Notes under the pieces: generated by a model | Database searches by the model: none | What the model was told of the DNA's origin: nothing | What the model saw: only the letters and a program-made list of their open reading frames with translations | Program-made: the position numbers and the translations under genes | In this document: in pieces, positions 42,201 through 48,383 of the stretch | Position numbering within the stretch: the stretch's first letter is position 1 | Layout of the letters: every line of letters starts with the position of its first letter | Assembly (NCBI RefSeq): GCF_001194135.2 | Contig: NC_068986.1 | Coordinates: forward strand, 31,439,187 to 31,503,186 | Length of the DNA stretch: 64,000 nucleotides | Source: Octopus bimaculoides | Taxonomy: Eukaryota | Direction of reading: 5' to 3'

Positions 42201-45200
42201 GTGTAGAAAAACGCTAAATTAAAACTAATTTTGGTGGCTCTTTATTTGACAGAATTGTCCAGTATGCTGGGATAATGTACCAAAAGATTATCACAAGTTA
42301 TTCTGCAATGCAGTAGAAGGTAAATAAAAATCTTTCATTTTGTATCTATTAAGTTCAATTTTTGACTATAAAACTATTGGGTTGTCCGGAAAGTTTGTGC
42401 AGATTTATAGTAGCTTACCTTTCGACTTATTTTAGAACATGGTTGAATCCATAAAATAGGATTTGACTACACTTCCATTTAGAGCACAGTTTAAGCTATT
42501 TTTTCTTGGAAGAAGGTTTATGTTCCTATAACCTGTGTTAATTCTGTAACCTTTTAAAATGGAAGATAAGAAAGTTCATTTTCGGGACTTGATGCTTTTC
42601 TTTTTTCGTAAAGGGAAAAACGCCTCACAAGCAACCAAAGAAATATGCGCAGTTTACGGTGATGTTTCTTTATCTGAAAGAACTGTATGAAAGTGGTTCA
42701 CAAGGTTCCAAGCTGGAGATTGTAGCCTTATTGATAAAGAGCGATCAAGCAGACCATCCACTACAGATGATGACCAAAAGAAGTCATTAATTAAGAATAA
42801 CCCACATTGCAAAACCCGACAATTGGCAGAAAGTCTCAACCTATCAAAATCCATCGTTCATGAGCACCTGGTAAAGCTTGGGTACACAAATCGCTACAAT
42901 GTTTGGGTATCACATGAGTTGAGTGAGAAGAACCTTTTGGATTGCATTTCCATCTGTGATTCACTTTATAAACAGAATGAAAACGTGCCTTTTTTTTTTT
43001 TTAAAGCAAATTGTGACAGGTGATGAGAAACGGATTATCTACTGAAATGTTCAGAGAAAGCGATCCTGGAGTAAGCGACATGAGCCACTCTTAGCCACCC
43101 CAAAAGCGGGTCTTCACCCTAAAAAAGTTTGCTTTGTGTCTGGTGGGAGTGGAAAGGAATTCTGTACTATGAGCTTCTCCCAAGTAACCAGACAATTAAC
43201 TCTGAGAAATACTGTACACAAAGGCCACCTTTCATTTGTCCACTCGTGTGAGTGTCAGTAGAGGAAAAGTAGTCACATTAGTTATGAACATCAACAATTT
43301 GGCTTTGAAAGCAAATACACCAGGAGAGTGTTCTACAGATTGAAACCTCGTACAGCTTACCAATTTTCAGTCCAACTGTCCAACCCATGCCAGCATGGAA
43401 AACAGACATTAAATGATGATTGATTAATTACTTATAGTTTTACCAGCTGAGGTGAATATGTTTCACTGTGAAGGTCTATTAAAGTCCAAACATCTGTTTT
43501 CACTAACTGGCATTGGCTTAAAGACCAAATCCATGCAAGTCTTCATCGTCTATAGTATTTCTATTTGTTGATCTTGTTAAAGTTATTTTATTTTCTTGCA
43601 GGTTTTAGATTTTAAATACACCTACTAAAGGAGAATTTTTTTCCTCTCTGCTAATAAGAGTTCAACTCCTATTTATGAAAAAAAAAAAAGAAAATTCCAT
43701 TTTATATATTTATAGTTTATAAAATATCTTCTGGAAAGAACAAAGAACATTTAATACGGGTTATGGCAGATCTTCGGCCAGTGAAGAAATTACAAATTAA
43801 AAAATTTGTTGTCCCCAAAATGGACAAATCTTGTGAATGTGCCTGTATAAAGGAAAAAGGTAAGGCTCACAATGTATTGACTTTTATTTCATTAACCTAC
43901 CCCCTACCCAACCAACTTTCAACACTGTAAATAGAAATTAATTCAGTAAGCAAACAAAGGAAAATTAATTTTCCTGTTAGCAAATGAAGAAATGAAGCAC
44001 AGTGGTAGTTCTTGTAGGTATATTTGACTTAATGATGAAACGCATGGCTTAGTGATTAGAATGTTGGACTCCAGGACGTAAGATTCTGGTTTTGATCCCT
44101 GGACCAGGTAACGTTGTGTTCCTCATCAAAATACTTCATTTCATATTGCTCCAGTCCACTCAGCTGCTAAAAAAATTAGCAATCCTGTGTCAGCCCAGGG
44201 TCCCATACATATATATATACATTGGAGAAACTGGGAAACCAACCTTGTGCTCCTTACAAACTAATCATATTTGACTTAATACTTGTAGTGCATTGTTTTC
44301 TTTGAAAGCTTTATTCGGTAACTATGGCTTTTGATGATGTATGCAATGTGAAGTATGAACATTCCTATTTACAATACTAGTATACTTACACTATTTCAGC
44401 ATATTTGTGGGACATTTATTTGAATTTATCTATTCTATTTCTCCCATAAAAATGTGAGCTTTATTTAGAAATACCATAGCATCTCTACCAGTTAAATACC
44501 CCTCAACCAGTTTATTTACATGACTTTCAATAAGCTCACAAATAGTATAGTTAATGTATTTAATTCCATTCTAAGGTTTGAACATCTGACCATGTAGCCA
44601 TTAGTCTAGCAACTAAAGCTTACAGCAGCAACTGTGATAAATAACCCAGTTCATGAGCTTATGGCTTTTGATTTAAAATCAAATAGGTCAGATGATGACA
44701 GGTAAAGACATTCAAGACTTGACTTACCTGTTTTCCTTTTAAATAGTAGCAAATTAGTCTCAAATTGTACCTTGCATTTTGTGATGGATCAAGCAACCAC
44801 AGAAAAGAAAAAAAAAAAAAACCCTCTTTCGTTTAGTTAAGATGCTTGTATTTATTGTAGAGTAATTTAATTATTAAATAGACAAGAGGGGTTTGGGGAA
44901 ACTACTGCTTCCATTAGCAAAAGGATTTCTTTACTCTGAAAATCAGAATGTTGTTGACATATGGCAGTAAAATTTACGTATTAAATTATGCGACTGAATT
45001 GCAAAAGTCTCCATCAACAAGCTTGAAATGTAATGCCTTTGGGACATTCTTCAGACGAGATGGCAAGACAATCACCTGTCTTGACAAATCTCTTACAGAT
45101 AGCCATCTCAATTCTTGATGGCTGTCTATAAAATATCTTTCTATGTGTAAATGTTAACTCCAAGATCTTTTGAAATTTGATAGTCTAAATACATTATTAC

Positions 45201-45438
45201 CATCTCTACTTCTCTTTCCACCCTCACCTCCGTATTTTTAGTGATGTCAAATTAACTCCTCACTTAAAATTGCCTTTTGCGTTTTATTTCAGGACGCCGA
45301 GTCTTAATGCGAATGAAAGCTGGGCCAAAATTCAAAGACATGGGTCCTGTTCGTCTTGACAAACATGTTGTTATATTTCAACTTAAATCTGTTGTAGAAA
45401 GACACATGCGTAGACTGGCAAAGTCTTGCAAGAGATGA
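1452..45438 (+). CDS. Alpha-2-macroglobulin/TEP-family protein lacking the thioester, with C-terminal mucin-like linker and NTR/C345C-like domain (5'-partial, 29 exons in window)
   Basis: Exons: 1452-1564, 3206-3379, 4886-5098, 5712-5943, 6048-6220, 6825-6971, 8323-8434, 9022-9089, 15754-15859, 15969-16104, 19254-19482, 20875-21024, 21660-21761, 22105-22156, 23668-23760, 24052-24228, 25190-25509, 26201-26360, 28957-29144, 30455-30673, 31409-31524, 33087-33171, 33910-33984, 35335-35434, 35805-35993, 40348-40625, 42253-42319, 43716-43859, 45293-45438. All are GT-AG with matching phases and total 4364 nt, open to TGA at 45436-45438. A2M hallmarks appear in the correct order: [72 protein letters not shown]. 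Confidence 0.93.
1685..2800 (-). mobile_element. Three tandem copies of tRNA-headed SINE family D (1685-1905, 2293-2505, 2560-2795)
   Basis: Reverse complement of GAGCTGGCAGAATCGTTAGC...GAGTTCAAATTC...GCCTTTCATCCTTTCGGGGTCGATAAAATAAGTACCAG (A/B boxes plus conserved core). Confidence 0.8.
3206..3379 (+). CDS. TEP exon (MG4)
   Basis: TTCAG|[18 protein letters not shown]...[11 protein letters not shown]...FVLQ|GTAAC. Confidence 0.9.
3588..3976 (+). mobile_element. tRNA-headed SINE family B
   Basis: GGAGGTGCAATGGCCCAGTGGTTAGG...GTTTCGATTCCC head; GGAGTGCCAACAAC tail. Confidence 0.88.
4886..5098 (+). CDS. TEP exon (MG4/MG5)
   Basis: TTCAG|ARSINGTF...[14 protein letters not shown]...NLYYL|GTGAG. 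Confidence 0.9.
5712..5943 (+). CDS. TEP exon (MG5 plus basic insertion)
   Basis: TCCAG|[12 protein letters not shown]...[15 protein letters not shown]|GTATG (phase 1). Confidence 0.88.
6048..6220 (+). CDS. TEP exon (MG5)
   Basis: TACAG|..[36 protein letters not shown]|GTAAG; matches A2M 'P...llvY....GEvvaD...f.V..Cf.N.V'. Confidence 0.93.
6825..6971 (+). CDS. TEP exon (MG6a)
   Basis: CTAG|[36 protein letters not shown]...TEQQ|GTAAG. Confidence 0.9.
8323..8434 (+). CDS. TEP exon (linker)
   Basis: TGTAG|[37 protein letters not shown]|GTATG. Confidence 0.85.
9022..9089 (+). CDS. TEP exon carrying RKKR processing site
   Basis: TACAG|[23 protein letters not shown]|GTAAG. Confidence 0.88.
10455..10950. 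repeat. Higher-order AT-rich satellite, ~15 units of TATGTATGCACATACATATAGA(TA)n
   Basis: Units counted by eye; variable (TA)n spacer. Confidence 0.9.
11662..11817. mobile_element. Small TIR element (MITE)
   Basis: CAGAGGCATAGC ... GCTATGCCACTG (11/12 inverted match). Confidence 0.5.
13330..14430 (-). mobile_element. Tc1/mariner-superfamily DD37D (maT-type) transposon remnant, internally deleted
   Basis: HTH-like [24 protein letters not shown] (14071-14334) and catalytic C-half WQQ(V)[19 protein letters not shown] with 37 residues between the second-D position and the final D. Confidence 0.85.
14845..15170 (+). mobile_element. SINE family B2 (different core, same 3' half as B)
   Basis: tRNA-like head, GTGTCCTTGAGCAAGACACTTTA core, then the B-type tail; an antisense copy lies at ~16595-16850. 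Confidence 0.72.
15754..15859 (+). CDS. TEP exon (start of bait-like region)
   Basis: TTCAG|[35 protein letters not shown]|GTAAG. Confidence 0.88.
15969..16104 (+). CDS. TEP exon (bait-like region to FxETWLW)
   Basis: TTCAG|[46 protein letters not shown]|GTTGTT. Confidence 0.9.
16105..16451. repeat. (ATT/GTT)n trinucleotide microsatellite, ~347 bp
   Basis: Directly visible; begins at a splice donor. Confidence 0.97.
18377..18846 (-). mobile_element. tRNA-headed SINE family A with internal (CA)n
   Basis: Reverse complement of GTGGCTGTGTGGTAAG...GGGTCATTCCCACTGCG...GCGGTGCTCCAGCATGGCTGCAGTCAAATGACTGAAACAAGTAAAAGAG. Confidence 0.88.
19254..19482 (+). CDS. TEP exon (MG6b/MG7)
   Basis: TCTAG|..[25 protein letters not shown]...[19 protein letters not shown]...KKCLT|GTAAG. 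Confidence 0.93.
20321..20404. repeat. Perfect 28-bp x3 minisatellite
   Basis: AAAGGGGATCTGACCTCACAGCAGAACA x3. Confidence 0.95.
20875..21024 (+). CDS. TEP exon (MG7)
   Basis: GATAG|IGLQVKVSS...CLCKEEY...IGVINVTVQ|GTAAG. Confidence 0.87.
21660..21761 (+). CDS. TEP exon (MG7)
   Basis: TACAG|[34 protein letters not shown]|GTAAG. Confidence 0.85.
22105..22156 (+). CDS. TEP exon (CUB start)
   Basis: TTCAG|[17 protein letters not shown]|GTATG (A2M 'PEG...e.t.n...Cp'). Confidence 0.87.
22335..22752. mobile_element. TIR element (MITE)
   Basis: CAGTGCTGGATTAA ... TTAATCCAGCCC ends. Confidence 0.5.
23668..23760 (+). CDS. TEP exon (CUB)
   Basis: TTCAG|[31 protein letters not shown]|GTAAT. Confidence 0.92.
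24052..24228 (+). CDS. TEP exon homologous to the thioester exon (motif degenerate)
   Basis: TCTAG|[39 protein letters not shown]...IMEK|GTATG. Confidence 0.93.
25190..25509 (+). CDS. TEP exon (TED)
   Basis: AACAG|[19 protein letters not shown]...LTAFVLRIL...[12 protein letters not shown]...[17 protein letters not shown]|GTATG. Confidence 0.95.
26201..26360 (+). CDS. TEP exon (TED)
   Basis: TTTAG|[11 protein letters not shown]...[14 protein letters not shown]...RRSKVL|GTAAT. Confidence 0.92.
27354..27581 (+). mobile_element. piggyBac-like non-autonomous element family E
   Basis: Ends (TT)(A/G)ACCCTTTAGCATT ... AATGCTAAA(G/A)GGTTAA; copies at 36946-37707 (interrupted), 41295-41515(-), 47765-47945(-) and 56254-56456. 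Confidence 0.75.
27973..28203. mobile_element. piggyBac-like non-autonomous element family F
   Basis: TTAACCCTCTTGATACCA ... TGGTAACAAAAGAGTTAA (TTAA ends plus imperfect TIR). Confidence 0.65.
28957..29144 (+). CDS. TEP exon (TED)
   Basis: TACAG|GEETFW...[10 protein letters not shown]...[17 protein letters not shown]|GT. Confidence 0.95.
29502..30198. other. Assembly gap (N)
   Basis: Other gaps: 14613-14622, 24420-24719, 31656-31749, 37451-37460, 58293-58471. Four of the six have a (TA)n tract on at least one side. Exon chains stay continuous across all of them. Confidence 0.99.
30455..30673 (+). CDS. TEP exon (TED end/CUB)
   Basis: TTCAG|[13 protein letters not shown]...[10 protein letters not shown]|GTAAA. 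Confidence 0.94.
30973..31204 (-). mobile_element. Mariner-derived MITE (same TIR as 42375 element)
   Basis: TIRs TATTGGGTTGTCTGGAAAGTTCGTGCC / GGCACGAACTTTCCGGACAACCCAATA; the interior encodes [26 protein letters not shown] on -. Confidence 0.9.
31409..31524 (+). CDS. TEP exon (MG8)
   Basis: TTAAG|TSLKYNVL...FHLRVGV...[13 protein letters not shown]|GTTAG. Confidence 0.9.
32082..32365 (-). mobile_element. Family C retroposon copy
   Basis: (ATC)n end, GTTTAACGTCCGCTTTCCATGCTAGCATGGG, tandem internal modules; close to the copies at 59205 and 62285. Confidence 0.8.
32426..32794 (+). mobile_element. Helentron-associated (HINE/DINE-1-like) element
   Basis: 5' ATTACCTCTGCCTTAGCAAAGGCGGAGGT palindrome, (GTTT)n, 3' GGCGGAGGT subTIR and GCGCTC-TCT-GAGTGC hairpin; partial copies at 62783-63058(+) and 47498-47645(-). 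Confidence 0.72.
33087..33171 (+). CDS. TEP exon (MG8)
   Basis: AATAG|[28 protein letters not shown]|GTGAG (A2M 'YTG...SNMAIVDVKMVSGF.P'). Confidence 0.92.
33388..33870 (-). mobile_element. Mariner remnant (C-terminal fragment, different TIR)
   Basis: [10 protein letters not shown] (YSPDLAPSDY-type motif)...[18 protein letters not shown]; TIR-like TATTGGGTCATCCCATAAATAATGC; right boundary approximate. Confidence 0.8.
33910..33984 (+). CDS. TEP exon (MG8)
   Basis: TTCAG|[25 protein letters not shown]|GTAAG. Confidence 0.92.
34305..34553 (+). mobile_element. SINE family B, 5'-truncated
   Basis: Body and tail match 3745-3970. Confidence 0.82.
35335..35434 (+). CDS. TEP exon (MG8 end)
   Basis: TAAAG|[33 protein letters not shown]|GTCAG. 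Confidence 0.92.
35805..35993 (+). CDS. TEP exon (post-MG8 linker)
   Basis: TCTAG|[29 protein letters not shown]...MNAAA|GTATG. Confidence 0.85.
37070..37512 (+). mobile_element. SINE family A, full length, inserted into a TTAA MITE
   Basis: GGCGCAGGAGTGGCTGTATGG A box, GGTTCAGTCCC B box, (AAAGAGT)n tail; other copies at 17069-17370(-), 19854-20090(-), 28488-28915(-), 49955-50305(+), 51338-51715(+), 55432-55647(-) and 61450-61815(+). Confidence 0.9.
38113..38382 (-). mobile_element. Mariner-derived MITE; related copy at 21147-21320 (+)
   Basis: Imperfect TIRs AGGGGGTGTTGAAAAGTTCTCGGCTTT / AAAGCTGGGAACTTTTCAGCACCCTCT; the 21147 copy reads [20 protein letters not shown]. Confidence 0.78.
39005..39228 (+). 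mobile_element. SINE family D, full length
   Basis: A box AGCTGGCAGAATCATTAGC, B box GAGTTCAAATTC, core CTTTCATCCTTTCGGGGTCGATAAA; further copies at 4270-4470, 16460-16590, 26765-26890, 31750-32030 and 39380-39570. Confidence 0.82.
39693..40085 (-). mobile_element. SINE family B, full length with TSD
   Basis: TSD TCAATGAAATAG at 39679-39690 and 40086-40097. Confidence 0.92.
40348..40625 (+). CDS. TEP exon, Ser/Thr-rich mucin-like segment
   Basis: TTCAG|[36 protein letters not shown]...[28 protein letters not shown]|GTAAG; open for 278 nt with phases fitting both neighbours; not in the ORF track. Confidence 0.8.
40758..41133 (+). mobile_element. SINE family B, full length with TSD
   Basis: TSD ATAATACATATC at 40746-40757 and 41134-41145. 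Confidence 0.92.
42253..42319 (+). CDS. TEP exon, NTR/C345C-like domain part 1
   Basis: GACAG|[22 protein letters not shown]|GTAAA. Confidence 0.85.
42375..43222 (+). mobile_element. Mariner transposon remnant (5' TIR plus disrupted N-terminal 2/3 of transposase)
   Basis: TIR TATTGGGTTGTCCGGAAAGT; MEDKKVHFR.., WVSHEL, IVTGDEK, LHPKK.. with stops and frameshifts. Confidence 0.9.
43716..43859 (+). CDS. TEP exon, NTR/C345C-like domain part 2
   Basis: TATAG|[48 protein letters not shown]|GTAAG. Confidence 0.83.
45293..45438 (+). CDS. TEP last coding exon, NTR/C345C-like domain part 3
   Basis: TTCAG|[48 protein letters not shown]. Confidence 0.83.
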
Positions 45439-45971
45439 AGGAAATTTAGTCTCTCTCATTCTCTTCATTCCTTTTTACACAATTATGTGAAAACTATATA
45501 AAAAAAGAAAATTATAAGCAAAAGAAACAAAAATCCAATCCCTCACCACTGCTGCCTCAATTGATTACAATGATTATATGGAAAAAAAAAAACGAGGGGA
45601 AGGTAAGAGGTCGTTAAGCTTTATCGACTTAGGAATAACCAAATGTTTATTACTCCTGATAAACTACAGAATTACTATTAGTAGGTAGGGGAGATAATCC
45701 CTGTTTACAGGCAAGGTTTGACTATCAACGATGTTTGAACACAATATTAATGTGGAAATCATTGAGAGATCTGAAGATTCTCTGGTGCTGCAACCAGCTT
45801 AACTCGTGTAACTAACTTACTGATCAGGTTACCTGAATTCTGTAATCACCTTAAAATAATTGATCACTAAACGGGCTAATATTATTTTAATCGTGGATGT
45901 AATTTTTTTTTTTTCTTTTTTAGTTTGAAATAGCAAACTTAAAACTAAAAACAGATCAAAATTCGATTCAT

Positions 45972-45983
45972 ATTAAAATAAAA
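45972..45983 (+). terminator. Candidate polyadenylation signal of the TEP gene
   Basis: Overlapping ATTAAA/AATAAA about 535 nt after the stop codon, followed by T-rich sequence. Confidence 0.35.
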
Positions 45984-48180
45984 CCTTAATTTTTATGTAA
46001 GACTATTTCAACAAATTTTAATTATTTAGTTCGTTTTATACTCTTCCACCAATTTATTTTTCTCAATTTGAAATTTCAAACTAAAGAAAAAAAAAGAAAA
46101 AAAACATTACCCCTTCCAATTAAGTATTTGTCAACTGGACAGTTATTCTCCCTCCATCATACCCAGTATATCTTTTACTCCCTTTCTTTAAATAGACATT
46201 TGTTTCATATATTCTATTAGGATTGGATTTTGATTTTTTAAAATATCTGCATCTTCTAGTTTTTTTTTTTTTCCTGTTGCACTGTCACATGACTCACTAC
46301 TAATTAAGTAACTATTACACACTAAGAATAATCACCAACTGCTCCATTAATAGGAAACTAAACCTGAAGGTTAGTTTGTAAAAATAATTAAAAAAAGAAA
46401 CTAAATAAAGTATTTGTACTCCTTGATAATTTTGAGTTTTCTTTGTTTTTGTGAGTGAATCCCATCAATTCTTTTATCCCAAGTCAGCCCAGACTGAGGA
46501 GGCTTTATGATCAAAGGAATTCCAACCATGGCAATCCAGTCTTTATAGACAATAGATGACTGACCATATTGTCCAGTGCATCCTCCATTTTAGTATTCAA
46601 ACCAGCTGTGTCAAGGCTTATAAAGATGTGCAATAAATCAATATATTGACTTTACATATAAAAGATGATATTCATAGCTTTAGCATATCACAAAAGTATT
46701 AATAATTGTTAATGAGGCTTGTTCAACTGGGGTGGGGTGGGGGTCAAACCCATTAACTCCTTTCAATTACACACCTACCATCTTCAAAATGAACACAATA
46801 CTAATCCACTTCCCAGATTAACTATACGTAAGGAAAAAGACAAGATGGTCTTAAATGGAATGCTTTTTGTCATTGATCTGCTTCCTGAGAGCCAATTTGG
46901 AAGCTAAAAAACATCATGCTTAAGTCATAATTTTCTTAATTAACATTTTATTTTTAAGTATATGTACAAGTTTTCTAATTTATAACTGATGACTTAAAGT
47001 CTCTGAAATTTTCCCCAATGTCAACAAGCCAAAAACCTAATCAAAGAGCAGATTTCAGCTTTAAATAAGGCAGCCTGAAAATATATAAAGTAAATATTGA
47101 AATAGATTTTTAATTTCAGTTGGAATAATTTCTTGGTTAAAAAGGTAAAATAAGTGGCCCAATGGGTTGGACTAAGGAACAAAAAAAAAAAGTGTTTCCT
47201 CAGACTAAATATAGTTTAGTCAAACAATAGCTAATGACAATCTTAATATAATGGCATTCTCCTCCCCACAAATTATACCTGAAATTCATATTAAACAGGG
47301 GGAAAATTTTACATTTTCCCCAATTCTTAACCATTCAGTATTTAAACCTATTTTTTTATTCAGCCTAAACAGTTTAATTGGCTAAATCCAGCTTCATACC
47401 AACCATACACTGTCTTTCTGAAAGTTGATACCAGTGCCACCTAACTGGCTCCCATGCCAGTGGCACATAAAAAGCACCATTCTCATGTGGTCGATGCCAA
47501 AATCTAATCAGTTTGTGCCAGTTGTGATGCCAAACCTCCCTGAAAGTTTCATCCGAATCCATCCCGCAGTTCTTGAGATTGTTTGTCTGTGGACAAACAA
47601 ATGACTGAAAACAATCCCGCTGCCTTCACTAAGGCAGAGATAATTAATGGTTTCTGATTTAAGGAGAGGGCCAGAAGTTTCAAGAGGAGGGAAGTAATTG
47701 GTAACCATCAACCCCAGTACATGACAGGAAGTATATTTTAACAATCCTATGGGCATGAAAATTAGTTTTAACATTTCAGCATTCAGATTACTTTGAAATA
47801 ATCATGCATTGCCTTGTAGGCTCCAGATTTTGCTCACGTGATTATTGTATGTTTTATGTTCAAACTGCCCAGATCCAGCCTCTTGCTCTTATCCTGCAGT
47901 CATTCTGGAAATATTTAGGCCTTATATGACCGATTTAAAGGCTAAAGTCTTAAGGGATGGGTAAGTGGATATTGCCATCTTTGAGTTTGTTCTAACAATG
48001 TGAAGTGAACTGGTTTTAATTGGGAATTGAAACCACTTTGCTGCTCCAGTTGATCAGCTTTCTACTCTACATCATTAACCACTATTATTTCAGCTCTATT
48101 TTAATTTGCTAAAAATAATAGAAAGCAAAATGGGTAAAAGAGAGGATAAAAGGCAAGAGATTTGGATAAAATGTTAATAA

Positions 48181-48186
48181 TTTATT
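48181..48186 (-). terminator. Candidate polyadenylation signal of PPase gene
   Basis: TTTATT on + (AATAAA on -) about 170 nt downstream of the stop codon. Confidence 0.4.
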
Positions 48187-48354
48187 AAACAAGATTAATT
48201 TTTTTATGGGTGAAAAAGAAAAAAAATGCTGATCTGTATTCTGTTGATTATGTATCAAAACAACCCAAAATGTTGCTGCTCTACATATATGTTTGTATAT
48301 GTACATGTGTGTGCGTGTAGGTGCATATATATATGCATCATCTGTTTAGATCTC

Positions 48355-48383
48355 TTACTTGGTTACATAATGCCATTGATCTA
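48355..48383 (-). CDS. PPA1: PPase last coding exon
   Basis: VDQWHYVTK* (cf. VDKWF/H at the PPA C-terminus). Confidence 0.9.

Noticed and set aside
43602-43640. Strong acceptor TTTTCTTGCAG as the next NTR exon
   Set aside because: All frames hit stops within 9 codons; the 43716 acceptor gives an open, Cys-patterned exon.
1452-45438. Calling the gene complement C3 because of RKKR and the C345C-like tail
   Set aside because: There is no anaphylatoxin domain, and the linker, bait and FxETW region and exon content are A2M-like.
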